Shown one piece after another: positions 36,845 to 50,419 of a stretch of DNA of 64,000 nucleotides. Each line of letters opens with the position of its first letter. Position 1 is the stretch's first letter. The notes beneath the pieces are model-generated. The model had not been told where the DNA came from. It searched no databases and worked only from the letters and a program-made list of their open reading frames with translations. This DNA is from Eledone cirrhosa. Its lineage: Eukaryota. The position numbers and the translations under genes were made by a program. The stretch covers positions 132,556,001 through 132,620,000 of the forward strand of contig OZ024744.1 in NCBI GenBank assembly GCA_964016885.1, in the 5' to 3' direction.

Positions 36845-39800
36845 AGTCGGAGTTAAGTTAAGTTGGGGTTAAGTTAAGTTAGGCTTAACTTAAGTTGGGG
36901 TTAAGTTAAGTTGGGGGTAAGTTAAGTTGGGGGTAAGTTAAGTTGGGGTTAAGTTAAGTTGGGGTTAAGATAAGTGGTGGTTATGTTAAGTTGAGGTTAA
37001 GTTAAGTTAGGGTTAAATTAAGTTGGGGTTAAGTTAAGTTGGGTGTAAGTTAAGTTGGGGTTGAGTGAAGTTGGGGTTAAGTTAAGTTGGGGTTAAGTAG
37101 AGTAGGGGTTAAGTTAAGTTGGGGTTAAGTTAAGTTGGTGTTAAGTTGGGGTTAAGTTAAGTTGGGGTTAAGTTGGGGTTAAGTTAAGTGGTGGTTATGT
37201 TAAGTTGGGGTTAACTTAAGTTGGGGTTAATTTAAATTGGGGTTAAGTTAACTTTGTGGTTAAGTTAAGTTGGGGTTAAGTTAAGTTGGGGTTAAATTAA
37301 GTTGGGGTTGAGTGAAGTTGGGGTTAAGTTAAGTTGGGGTTAAGTTAAGTTGGGGTTAACTTAAGTTGGGTTTAAGTTAAGTTGCGGTTAAGTTAAGTTG
37401 GGGTTAAGTTAAGTTGGGGTTAAGTTAAGTCGGGGTTAATTTAAGTTGGGGTTGAGTTAAGTTGGGGTTAATTTAAGTTGAGGTTATGTTAAGTTGGGGT
37501 TAATTTAAGTTGGGGTTAAGTTAAGTTGGGGTTAAGTTAAGTTGGGGTTAATTTAAGTTGGGATTAAGTTCAGTTGGGGTTAAATTAAGTTGGGGTTAAG
37601 TTAAGCTGGGGTTAAATTAAGTTGGGGTTAAGTTAAGTTGGGGTTAAGTTAAGTTGGGGTTAAGTTAAGTTAGGGTTAATTTAAGTTGGGGTTATGTTAA
37701 GTTGGGGTTAAGTTAAGTTGGGGTTAAGTCGAGTTGGGGTTAAGTTAAGTTGGGGTTAGTTAAGTTGAGTTTAAGTTAAGTTGGGGTTAATTTAAGTTGG
37801 GGTTAAGTTAAGTTGGGGTTCAGTTAAGTTGGGGTTAAGTTAAGTTGGGGTTAAGTTAAGTTGGTTTAAGTTAAGTTGGGGTTAGGTTAAGTTGGGGATA
37901 AGTTAAGTTGGGGATAAGCTAAGTTGGGGTTAAGTTAAGTTGGGTTTAAGTTAAGTTGGGGTTAAGTTAAGTTAGGCTTAACTTAAGTTGGGGTTAAGTT
38001 AAGTTGGGGGTAAATTAAGTTGGGGGTAAGTTAAGTTGGGGTTAAGTTAAGTTGGGGTTAAGTTAAGTGGTGGTTATGTTAAGTTGGGGTTAAGTTAAGT
38101 TGGGGTTAAATTAAGTTGGGGTTAAGTTATGTTGGGGTTAAGTTAAGTTGGGGTTAAGTTAAGTTAGGGTTAATTTAAGTTGGGGTTATGTTAAGTTGGG
38201 GTTAAGTTAAGTTGGGGTTAAGTAGAGTTGTGGTTAAGTTAAGTTGGGGTTAAGTTAAGTTGGTGTTAAGTTGGGGTTAAGTTAAGTTGGGGTTAAGTTA
38301 AGTCGGGGTTAAGTTAAGTTGGGGTTGAGTTAAGTTGGGGTTAATTTAAGTTGAGGTTATGTTAAGTTGGGGTTAATTTAAGTTGGGGTTAATTTAAGTT
38401 GGGGTTAAGTTAAGTTGGGGTTAAGTTGAGGTTAAGTTAAGTTGTGGTTAAGTTAAGTTGGGGCTAAGTTAAGTTGGGGCTAAGTTAAGTTGGGGCTAAG
38501 TTAAGTTGGGGTTAAGTTAAGTTGGGGTTAAGTTAAGTTGGGTTTAATTTAATTTGGGGTCAACTTAAGTTGGGGTTAAGTTGAGTTGGGGTTAAATTAA
38601 GTTGGGGTTAATTTAAGTTGGGGCTAAGTTAAGTTGGGGCTGAGTTAAGTTGGGGTTAAGTTAAGTTGGGGTTAAGTTAAGTTGGGGTTAAGTTAATTTT
38701 GGGTTAAGTTAAGTTGTGGTTCAGTTAAGTTGGGGTTAAGTTAAGTTTGGGTTAATTTGGGGTTAAATTAAGTTGGGGTTAAGTTAAGTTGGGGTTAAGT
38801 TAAGTTGGGGTTAATTTAAGTTGGGGTTAAGTTAAGTCGGGGTTAAGTTAAGTCGGTGTTAAGTTAAGTTAGGGTTAAGTTAAGTTGGGGTTAAGTTAAA
38901 TTGGCTTTAAGTTAAGCTGGGGTTAAGTTAAGTTGGGGTTAAATTAAGTTGGGGTTAAGTTAAGTTGGGGTTAGGTTAAGTTTGGGTTAGGTTAAGTTGG
39001 GGTTAAATTAAGTTGGGGTTAAGTTAAGTTGGGGTTAAGTTAAGTTGGGGTTAGGTTAAGTTGGGGATAAGTTAAGTTGGGGATAATTTAAGTTGGGGTT
39101 AAGTTAAGTTGGGTTTAAGTTAAGCTGGGGTTAAGTTAAGTTGGGGTTAAATTAAGTTGGGGTTAAGTTAAGTTGGGGTTAAGTTAAGTTTGGGTTAGGT
39201 TAAGTTGGGGATTAGTTAAGTTGGGGATAAGTTAAGTTGGGGTTAAGTTAAGTTGGGTTTAAGTTAAGTTGTGGTTAAGTTAAGTTGGGGTTAAGTTAAG
39301 TTGGGGCTTAAGTTAAGTTGGGGTTAGGTTAAGTTGGGGATAAGTTAAGTTGGGGATAATTTAAGTTGGGGTTAAGTTAAGTTGGGTTTAAGTTAAGCTG
39401 GGGTTAAGTTAAGTTGGGGTTAAATTAAGTTGGGGTTAAGTTAAGTTGGGGTTAAGTTAAGTTTGGGTTAGGTTAAGTTGGGGATTAGTTAAGTTGGGGA
39501 TAAGTTAAGTTGGGGTTAAGTTAAGTTGGGTTTAAGTTAAGTTGTGGTTAAGTTAAGCTGGGGTTAAGTTAAGTTGGGGTTAAATTAAGTTGGGGTTAAT
39601 TTAAGTTGGGGTTAAGTTAAGTTGGGGTTCAGTTAAGTTGGGGATAAGTCAAGTTGGGGTTAAGTTAAGTTGGGGTTAAGTTAAGTTGGGGTTAGGTTAA
39701 GTTGGGGATAAGTTAAGTTGGGGATAAGCTAAGTTGGGGTTAAGTTAAGTTGGGTTTAAGTTAAGTTGGGGTTAAGTTAAGTTGGGGTTAAATTAAGTTG

Positions 39801-39869
39801 GAGATAAGTTAAGCTGGGGTTAAATTAAGTTGGGGTTAAGTTAAGTTGGGGTTAGGTTAAGTTGGGGTT

Positions 39870-40165
39870 AACCCCAACTTAACTTAACCCCAACTTAACT
39901 TAGCCCCAACTTCACTCAACCCCAACTTAACTTAACCCCAACTTCACTCAACCCCAACTTAACTCAACCCCAACTTAAGTTAACCCCAACTTAACTTAAC
40001 CCTAACTTAACTTAACCCCGACTTAACTTAACCCCGACTTAACTTAACCCCAACTTAACTTAACCCCAACTTAACTTAACCCCAACTTAACTTAATCCCA
40101 ACTTGACTTAACCCCAACTTAACGCACACCCAACTTAACTTACCCCCAACTTAACTTAACCCCAA
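39870..40165 (-). repeat. Inverted cassette, class alpha
   Basis: Same junctions and variants as the other alpha copies. Confidence 0.96.
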
Positions 40166-43100
40166 AATCGGAGTTACGTTAAGTTGGGGTTAAGTTAAGT
40201 TAGGCTTAACTTAAGTTGGGCTTAAGTTAAGTTGGGGGTAAGTTAAGTTGGGGGTAAGTTAAGTTGGGGTTAATTTAAGTTGGGGTTAAGTTAAGTGGTG
40301 GTTATGTTAAGTTGGGGTTAAGTTAAGTTGGGGTTAAATTAAGTTGGGGTTAATTTAAGTTGGGTGTAAGTTAAGTTGGGGTTGAGTGAAGTTGGGGTTA
40401 AGTTAAGTTGGGGTTAAGTAGAGTTGGGGTTAAGTTAAGTTGGGGTTAAGTTAAGTTGGTGTTAAGTTGGGGTTAAGTTAAGTTGGGGTTAAGTTGGGGT
40501 TAAGTTAAGTGGTGGTTATGTTAAGTTGGGGTTAAGTAGAGTTGGGGTTAAGTTAAGTTGGGGTTAAGTTAAGTTGGTGTTAAGTTGGGGTTAAGTTAAG
40601 TTGGGGTTAAGTTGGGGTTAAGTTAAGTGGTGGTTATGTTAAGTTGGGGTTAACTTAAGTTGGGGTTAATTTAAATTGGGGTTAAGTTAACTTTGTGGTT
40701 AAGTTAAGTTGGGGTTAAGTTAAGTTGGGGTTAAGTTAAGTTGGGGTTGAGGGAAGTTGGGGTTAAGTTAAGTTGGGGTTAACTTAAGTTGGGTTTAAGT
40801 TAAGTTGCGGTTAAGTTAAGTTAGGGTTAAGTTAAGTTGGGGTTAAGTTAAGTCGGGGTTAAGTTAAGTTGGGGTTGAGTTAAGTTGGGGTTAATTTAAG
40901 TTGAGGTTATGTTAAGTTGGGGTTAATTTAAGTTGGGGTTAAGTTAAGTTGGGGTTAAGTTAAGTTGGGGTTAATTTAAGTTGGGGTTAAGTTCAGTTGG
41001 GGTTAATTTAAGTTGGGGTTAAGTTAAGTTGGGTTTAAGTTAAGTTGGGGTTAAATTAAGTTGGGGTTAAATTAAGTTGGGGTTAAGTTAAGTTGGGGTT
41101 AGGTTAAGTTGGGGATAAGTTAAGTTGGGGATAAGCTAAGTTGGGGTTAAGTTAAGTTGGGTTTAAGTTAAGTTGGGGTTAAGTTAAGTCGGGGTTATGT
41201 TAAGTCGGTGTTAAGTTAAGTTAGGGTTAAGTTAAGTTGGGGTTAAGTTAAGTTGGGGTTGAGTTAAGTTGGGGTTGAGTTAAATTGGGGTTGAGTTAAG
41301 TTGGGGTTAAGTTAAGTTGGGGTTAAGTTAAGTTAGGGTTAAGTTAAGTTGGGGTTAAGTTAAGTTGGGGTTAAGTTAAGTTGGGGCTGAGTTAAGTTGG
41401 GTGTACGTTAAGTTGGGGTTGACTGAAGTTGGGGTTAAGTTAAGTTGGGGTTAAGTTAAGTTAGGGTTAATTTAAGTTGGGGTTATGTTAAGTTGGGGTT
41501 AAGTTAAGTTGGGGTTAAGTAGAGTTGGGGTTAATTTAAGTTGGGGTTAAGTTAAGTTGGTGTTAAGTTGGGGGTAATTTAAGTGGTGGTTATGTTAAGT
41601 TAGGGTTAAGTTAAGTTGGGGTTAATTTAAATTGGGGTTAAGTTAACTTTGTGGTTAAGTTAAGTTGGAGTTAAGTTAAGTTGGAGTTAAGTTAAGTTGG
41701 GGTTGAGTGAAGTTGGGGTTAAGTTAAGTTGGGGTTAACTTAAGTTGGGTTTGAGTTAAGTTGCGGTTAAGTTAAGTTGGGGTTAAGTTAAGTTGGGGTT
41801 AAGTTAAGTCGGGGTTAATTTAAGTTGGGGTTAAGTTAAGTTGGGGTTAATTTAAGTTGGGGTTAAGTTAAGTTTAGGTTAAGTTAAGTTGGAGTTAAAT
41901 TAAGTTGGGGTTAAGTTAAGTTGGGGTTAAGTTAAGTTGGGGTTAGGTTAAGTTGGGGATAAGTTAAGTTGGGGATAAGTTAAGTTGGGGTTAAGTTAAG
42001 TTGGGTTTAAGTTAAGTTGGGGTTAAGTTAAGTTGGGGTTTAATTAAGTTGGGGTTGAGTTAAGTTGGGGTTGACTTAAGTTGGGCTTAAGTTAAGTTGG
42101 GGTTAAGTTAAGATGTGGTTAAGTTAAGTTGGGGTTAAGTTAAGTTGGGGTTAAATTAAGTTGGGGTTAAGTTAAGTTGGGGGTAAGGTAAATTGCTGGT
42201 AAGTTAAGTTGGGGGTAAGTTAAGATGGGGCTAAGTTAAGTTGGGGTTAAGTTAATTTGGGGTTAAGTTAAGTTAGGGTTAAGTTAAGTTGGGGTTGACT
42301 TAAGTTGGGGTTAAGTTAAGTTGGGGTTATGTTAAGTTGGGTTTAAGTTAAGTTGGGGTTAAGTTAAGTTGGGGTTAAGTTAAGTTGGGGTTAAGTTAAG
42401 TTGGGGTTAAGTTAAGTTGGGATTAAGTTAAGTTGGGGTTAAGTTAAGTTGGGGTTAAATTAAGTTGGGGTTAAGTTAAGTTGGGGTTAATTTAAGTTGG
42501 GGTTAAGTTAAGTTGGGGTTGAGTTAAGTTGGGGGTAAGTTAAGTTGGGGGTAAGTTAAGTTGGGTGTAAGTTAAGATGGGGTTAAGTTAAGTTGGAGTT
42601 AAGTTATTTTGGGGTTAAGTTAAGTTGGGAGTAAGTTAAGTTGGTGATAAGTTAAGTTGGGGGTAAGTTAAGTTGGGGTTAAGTTAAGTTGGGTTAAGTT
42701 GGGGTTAAGTTAAGTTAGGGTTAAGTTAAGTTGGGGTTGAGTTAAGTTGGGGTTAAGTTAAGAGGTGGTTATGTTCAGTTGGGGTTAAGTTAAGTTGGGG
42801 TTAAGTTAAGTTGGGGTTAAGTTAAGTTGGGGTTAAGATAAGTTGGGGTTAAGTTAAGTTGGGGTTGAGTTAAGTTGGGGTTGAGTTAATTTGGGGTTAA
42901 GTTAAGTTGGGGTTAACTTAATTTGGGTTTAATTTAAGTTGGGGTTAAGTTAAGTTGGGGTTAAATTAAGTTGGGATTAAGTTAAGTTGGGTGTACGTTA
43001 AGTTGGGGTTGACTGAAGTTGGGGTTAAGTTAAGTTGGGGTTAAGTAGAGTTGGGGTTAATTTAAGTTGGGGTTAAGTTAAGTTGGTGTTAAGTTGGGGT

Positions 43101-45342
43101 TAAGTTAAGTTGGGGTTAAGTTGGGGTTAAGTTAAGTGGTGGTTATGTTAAGTTGGGGTTAAGTTAAGTTGGGGTTAATTTAAATTGGGGTTAAGTTAAC
43201 TTTGTGGTTAAGTTAAGTTGGAGTTAAGTTAAGTTGGGGTTAAGTTAAGTTGGGGTTGAGTGAAGTTGGGGTTAATTTAAGTTGGGGTTCAGTTAAGTTG
43301 GGGTTAAGTTAAGTTGGGGTTGAGTTAAGTTGGGGTTAATTTAAGTTGGGGTTAAGTTAAGTTGGGGTTAAGTTAAGTTGGGGTTAAGTTAAGTTGGGGT
43401 TAAGTTAAGTTGGGGTTAAGTTAAGTTGGGGTTAAGTTAAGTTGGGGTTAAGTTAAGTTGGGGTTAAGTTAAGTTGGGTTAAATTAAGTTGGGACTAAGT
43501 TAAGTTAGGGCTAAGTTCAGTTGGGGTAAAGTTAAGTTGGGGCTAAGTTAAGTTGGGTATAAGTTGAGTTGGGGTTAAGTTAAGTTGGGGTTAAGTTAAG
43601 TTGGGGTTAAATTAAGTTGGGGTTAATTAAGTTGGGGTTAAGTTAAGTTGGGGTTAAGTTAAGTTGGGGTTAATTTAAGTTGGGGTTGTGTTAATTTGGG
43701 GTTAAGTTAAGTTGGGGTTATATTAAGTTGGGTTTAAGTTAAGTTGGGGTTAAGTTAAGTTGGGGTTAAGTTAAGTTAGGGTTAATTTAAGTTGGGGTTA
43801 TGTTAAGTTGGGGTTAAGTTAAGTTGGGGTTAAGTAGAGTTGGGGTTAATTTAAGTTGGGGTTAAGTTAAGTTGGTGTTAAGTTGGGGTTAAGTTAAGTT
43901 GGGGTTAAGTTGGGGTTAAGTTGAGTGGTGGTTATGTTAAGTTGGGGTTAAGTTAAGTTGGGGTTAATTTAAATTGGGGCTAAGTTAACTTTGTGGTTAA
44001 GTTAAGTTGGAGTTAAGTTGGGGTTAAGTTAAGTTGGGGTTGAGTGAAGTTGGGGTTAAGTTAAGTTGGGGTTAACTTAAGTTGGGGTTAAGTTAAGTTG
44101 GGGTTAAATTAAGTTGGGGTTAAATTAAGGTGGGGTTAAGTTAAGTTGGGGGTAAGTTAAGTTGGGGGCAAGTTAAGTTGGTGTTAAGTTAAGTTGGGGT
44201 TAAGTTAAGTTGGGGTTAAGTTAAGTTGGGTTTAAGTTAAGTTGGGACTAAGTTAAGTTAGGGCTAAGTTAAGTTGGGGTTAAGTTAAGTTGGGGCTAAG
44301 TTAAGTTGGGTCTAAGTTGAGTGGTGGTTATGTTAAGTTGGGGTTAAGTTAAGTTGGGGTTAATTTAAATTGGGGTTAAGTTAAGTTGGGGTTAAGTTAA
44401 GTTGGGGTTAAATTAAGTTGGGGTTAATTAAGTTGTGGTTAAGTTAAGTTGGGGTTAAGTTAAGTTGGGGTTAATTTAAGTTGGGGTTGTGTTAAGTTGG
44501 GGTTAAGTTAAGTTGGGGATAAGTTAAGTTGGGGTTAAGTTAAGTTGGGGGTAAGTTAAGTTGGTGGTAAGTTAAGTTGGGGTTAAGTTAAGTTGGGGTT
44601 AATTTAAATTGGGGTTAATTTAACTTTGTGGTTAAGTTAAGTTGGGGTTTATTTAAGTTGGGTTTAAGTTAAGTTGGGGTTGAGTTAAGTTGGGGTTGAG
44701 TGAAGTTGGCGTTAAGTTAAGTCGGGGTTAATTTAAGTTGGGGTTGAGTTAAGTCGGGGCTAATTTAAGTTGGGGCTAAGTTAATTTGTGGTTAAGTTAA
44801 GTTGGGGTTAAGTTAAGTTGGGGTTAAGTTAAGTTGGGGGTAAGTTAAGTTGGGGGCAAGATAAGTTGGGGTTAAGTTAAGTTGCGGTTAAGTTAAGTTG
44901 GGGTTAAGTTAAGTTGGGTTTAAGTTAAGTTGGGGTTCAGTTAAGTTGGGGTTAATTTAAGTTGGGGTTAAGTTAAGTTGGGGTTGAGTTAAGTTGGGGT
45001 TTAATTAAGTTGGGGTTGAGTTAAGTTGGGGTTGAGTTAAGTGGGGGTTGAGTTAAGTTGGGGTTAAGCTAAGTTGGGGTTAAGTTAAATTGAGGTTAAG
45101 TTAACTTGGGTTTGAGTTAAGTTGGGGTTAAGTTAAGTTGGTGTTAAGTTCAGTTCAGGTTAAGTTAACTTGGGGTTAAGTTAAGTTGGGGTTGAGTTAA
45201 GTTGGGGTTGAGTTAAGTTGGGGTTAAGTTAAGTTGGGGTTAACTTAAGTTGGGGTTAAGTTAAGTTGGGGTTAATTTAAGTTGGGGTTCAGTTAAATTG
45301 AGGTTAAGATAACTTGGGTTTGCGTTAAGATGGGGTTAAGTT

Positions 45343-48300
45343 AGGTTTTTCGAAAACCTTATATAATCATTTTTATTTAGGTTCTTCGAAACACCTTATA
45401 TAATCAATTTTTTTAGGTTTTTCGAAAAACCTTATATAATCAATTTTTTAATACTTTTAGAAATATTTATATATGATTTCAAATATTGATTTTATTAGGT
45501 TTTTGGAATAATCAATTTTTTTTACGTTTTTCGAAAAATGTTATATAATCAATTTTTTTTAGGTTTTTCGAATCAATTCAATTTTTATAATCAAATATTT
45601 TTAGGTTTTTAGAAAAACCTTATATAATCAAATTTTTTTAGGTTTTTCGAAAAACCTTATATAATTAATTTTTTTATACTTTTAGAAATATTTATATCTG
45701 ATTTCAAATATTGGATTTTTTAGGTTTTTCGATAATCAATTTTTTTTAGATTTTTCGAAAAATCTTATATAATCAATTTTTTTACGTTTTTAGAAAGACC
45801 TTATATAATCAATTTTTTCATACTTTTAGAAATATTTATATCTGATTTCAAATATTGATTTTTTTTTTAGGTTTTTCGAAATACCTTATATAATCAATTT
45901 TTTTTAGGTTTTTCAAATTACTTTATATAATCAATTTTTTTTATCTGATTTCAAATATTGATTTTTTTAGCTTTTTCGAAAAAATCTTATATAATCAATT
46001 TTTTTTAGGTTTTTCGAAAAAGAATGAATTTGAGTTCATAGTCGAAATATATACTTCTGCATTAATCATTTTACGTTTTTTTGATTTTTTTTAAAAAAAC
46101 GTAAAAAATTAATGCTTTTACAAATCTTTTGAAATATTTACTTTCTAGTTTCAAATTTTGCAGATTAAATTTTTCTCGAAAAACCTAAAAAATCAGTTGT
46201 CGAAATCAGAAGTTAATATTTCGAAAAACGCAATTTGAAAAACTCATATTAATTTTTTTTCGAAAACATTATATAATCAATTTTTTAGAAATATTTATAT
46301 CTGATTTCAAATATTGATTTTTTTAGGTTTTTCGAAAACCCTATATAATCAATTTTTTTGTACTTTTAGAAATATCTATATCTGATTTCATGTATTGATT
46401 TTTTTATATTTTTCGAAAAATCTTATATAATCAATTTTTTTACGTTTTTAAAAAAACCTTATATAATCAATTTTTTTTAGGTTTTTCGAAAAACCTTATA
46501 TAATCAATTTTTTTATGTTTTTTCGAAAAATCTTATATAATCAATTTTTTTACGTTTTTAGAAATATTTATATCTGATTTCAAATATTGATTTTTTTTAG
46601 ATTTTTCGAAATACCTTATATAATCAATTTTTTTTAGGTTTTTCAAATTACCTTATATAATCAATTTTTTTTATCTGATTTCAAATATTGATTTTTTTAG
46701 CTTTTTCGACAAAATCTTATATAATCAATTTTTTTTAGGTTTTTCGAAAAAGAATGAATTTGAGTTCATAGTCGAAATATATACTTCTGCATTAATCTTT
46801 TTACGTTTTTTTGATTTTTTTTAAAAAAACGTAAAAAATTAATGCTTTTACAAATCTTTTGAAATATTCACTTTCTAGTTTCAAATTTTGCAGATTAAAT
46901 TTTTCTCGAAAAACCTAAAAAATCAGTTGTCGAAATCAGAAGTTAATATTTCGTAAAACGCAATTTGAAAAACTCATTAATTTTTTTTCGAAAACTTATT
47001 ATATAATCAATTTTTTTATACTTTTAGAAATATTTATATCTGATTTCAAATATTGATTTTTTAGGTTTTTCGAAAACCCTATATAATCAATTTTTTTGTA
47101 CTTTTAGAAATATCTATATCTGATTTCATGTATTGATTTTTTTATATTTTTCGAAAAAGCTTAGATAATCAATTTTTTTAGGTCTTTCGAAAACATTATA
47201 TAATCAATTTTTTTTTAGGTTTTTCGAAAAAACCTTATATAATCAATTTTTTTTAGGTTTTTCAAATATTGATTTTTTTAGCTTTTTCGACAAAATCTTA
47301 TATAATCAATTTTTTTTAGGTTTTTCGAAAAAGAATGAATTTGAGTTCATAGTCGAAATATATACTTCTGCATTAATCTTTTTACGTTTTTTTGATTTTT
47401 TTAAAAAAACGTAAAAAATTAATGCTTTTACAAATCTTTTGAAATATTTACTTTCTAGTTTCAAATTTTGCAGATTAAATTTTTCTCGAAAAACCTAAAA
47501 AATCAGTTGTCGAAATCAGAAGTTAATATTTCGAAAAACGCAATTTGAAAAACTCATATTAATTTTTTTTCGAAAACATTATATAATCAATTTTTTAGAA
47601 ATATTTATATCTGATTTCAAATATTGATTTTTTTAGGTTTTTCGAAAACCCTATATAATCAATTTTTTTGTACTTTTAGAAATATCTATATCTGATTTCA
47701 TGTATTGATTTTTTTATATTTTTCGAAAAAGCTTAGATAATCAATTTTTTTAGGTCTTTCGAAAACCTTATATAATCAATTTTTTTTTAGGTTTTTCGAA
47801 AAAACCTTATATGATCAATTTTTTTAGGTTTTTTCTAAAAATCTTATATAATCAATTTTTTTTAGGTTTTTCGAAAAACCTTATATAATCAATTTTTTTT
47901 GTTTTTTCGAAAAATCTTATATAATTAATTTTTTTACGTTTTTAGAAATATTTATATCTGATTTCAAATATTGATTTTTTTTAGATTTTTCGAAATACCT
48001 TATATAATCAATTTTTTTTAGGTTTTTCAAATTACCTTATATAATCAATTTTTTTTATCAGATTTCAAATATTGATTTTTTTAGCTTTTTCGACAAAATC
48101 TTATATAATCAATTTTTTTTAGGTTTTTCGAAAAAGAATGAATTTGAGTTCATAGTCGAAATATATACTTCTGCATTTTTACGTTTTTTTGATTTTTTTT
48201 AAAAAAACGTAAAAAATTAATGCTTTTACAAATCTTTTGAAATATTTACTTTCTAGTTTCAAATTTTGCAGATTAAATTTTTCTCGAAAAACCTAAAAAA

Positions 48301-50244
48301 TCAGTTGTCGAAATCAGAAGTTAATATTTCGAAAAACGCAATTTGAAAAACTCATATTAATTTTTTTTCGAAAACATTATATAATCAATTTTTTAGAAAT
48401 ATTTATATCTGATTTCAAATATTGATTTTTTTAGGTTTTTCGAAAACCCTATATAATCAATTTTTTTGTACTTTTAGAAATATCTATATCTGATTTCATG
48501 TATTGATTTTTTTATATTTTTCGAAAAATCTTATATAATCAATTTTTTTACGTTTTTAGAAAAACCTTATATAATCAATTTTTTTTGTTTTTTCTAAAAA
48601 TCTTATATAATCAATTTTTTTTAGGTTTTTCGAAAAACCTTATATAATCAATTTTTTTATGTTTTTTCGAAAAATCTTATATAATCAATTTTTATACGTT
48701 TTTAGAAATATTTATATCTGATTTCAAATATTGATTTTTTTTAGATTTTTCGAAATACCTTATATAATCAATTTTTTTTAGGTTTTTCAAATTACCTTAT
48801 ATAATCAATTTTTTTTATCTGATTTCAAATATTGATTTTTTTAGCTTTTTCGACAAAATCTTATATAATCAATTTTTTTTAGGTTTTTCGAAAAAGAATG
48901 AATTTGAGTTCATAGTCGAAATATATACTTCTGCATTAATCTTTTTACGTTTTTTTGAAAAAATTAATGCTTTTACAAATCTTTTGAAATATTTACTTTC
49001 TAGTTTCAAATTTTGCAGATTAAATTTTTCTCGAAAAACCTAAAAAATCAGTTGTCGAAATCAGAAGTTAATATTTCGAAAAACGCAATTTGAAAAACTC
49101 ATATTAATTTCTTTTCGAAAACATTATATAATCAATTTTTTAGAAATATTTATATCTGATTTCAAGTATTGATTTTTTTAGGTTTTTCGAAAACCCTATA
49201 TAATCAATTTTTTTGTACTTTTAGAAATATCTATATCTGATTTCATGTATTGATTTTTTTATATTTTTAGAAAAAGCTTAGATAATCAATTTTTTTAGGT
49301 CTTTCGAAAACCTTATATAATCAATTTTTTTTTAGGTTTTTCGAAAAAACCTTATATAATCATTATTTTTTAGGCTTTTTCGAAAAATCTTATATAATCA
49401 ATTTTTTTACGTTTTTAGAAATATTTATATCTTATTTCAAATATTGATTTTTTTTAGATTTTTCGAAATACCTTATATAATCAATTTTTTTTAGGTTTTT
49501 CAAATCACCATAAGATAATTTGAAAAACCTAAAAAAAATTGATCTGATTTCAAATATTGATTTTTTTAGCTTTTTCGACAAAATCTTATATAATCAATTT
49601 TTTTTAGGTTTTTCGAAAAAGAATGAATTTGAGTTCATAGTCGAAATATATACTTCTGCATTAATCTTTTTACGTTTTTTTGAAAAAATTAATGCTTTTA
49701 CAAATCTTTTGAAATATTTACTTTCTAGTTTCAAATTTTGCAGATTAAATTTTTCTCGAAAAACCTAAAAAATCAGTTGTCGAAATCAGAAGTTATATCT
49801 CGTAAAACGCAATTTGAAAAACTCATATTAATTTTTTTTCGAAAACTTATTATATAATCAATTTTTTTATACTTTTAGAAATATTTATATCTGATTTCAA
49901 ATATTGATTTTTTTAGGTTTTTCGAAAACCCTATATAATCAATTTTTTTGTACTTTTAGAAATATCTATATCTGATTTCATGTATTGATTTTTTTATATT
50001 TTTCGAAAAAGCTTAGATAATCAATTTTTTTAGGTCTTTCGAAAACCTTATATAATCAATTTTTTTTTAGGTTTTTCGAAAAAACCTTATATAATCAATT
50101 TTTTTTAGGTTTTTTCGAAGTATCTTATATAATCAATTTTTTTACGTTTTTAGAAATATTTATATCTGATTTCAAATATTGATTTTTTTTAGATTTTTCG
50201 AAATACCTTATATAATCAATTTTTTTTGGGTTTTTCAAATTACC
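45343..50244. repeat. Satellite B island 2 (6 higher-order units)
   Basis: Same left and right junctions as island 1; core marker at 46022, 46752, 47333, 48136, 48896, 49621. Confidence 0.98.
49480..49543. other. Second copy of the perfect 26-bp inverted repeat
   Basis: Same as 11481-11544 at offset 37999. Confidence 0.95.
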
Positions 50245-50419
50245 CCGACTTAACCCCGACTTAACTTAACCCCAACTTAACTTAACCCCAACTTAACTTA
50301 ACCCCAACTTGACTTAACCCCAACATAACTCACACCCAACTTAACTTACCCCCAACTTAACTTAACCCCAACTTGAATTAACCCCAACTTAACTTAACCC
50401 CAACTTAACTTAACGCCAA
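50245..50419 (-). repeat. Inverted cassette, class delta (abuts B island 2)
   Basis: Matches 12246-12420 (offset 37999). Confidence 0.96.

Larger units (their letters stand above)
12246..45342 (+). repeat. Satellite A array 2 (about 33 kb, no B island), with 12 embedded inverted cassettes
   Basis: Same 16-bp monomer; strings of variant monomers recur at offsets 5253, 5382, 5334 and 15748. Confidence 0.99.

Noticed and set aside
49520-49768. Identical second copy of the 82-aa ORF
   Set aside because: Its identity reflects the recent duplication (offset 37999) shared with all flanking DNA, not coding constraint.
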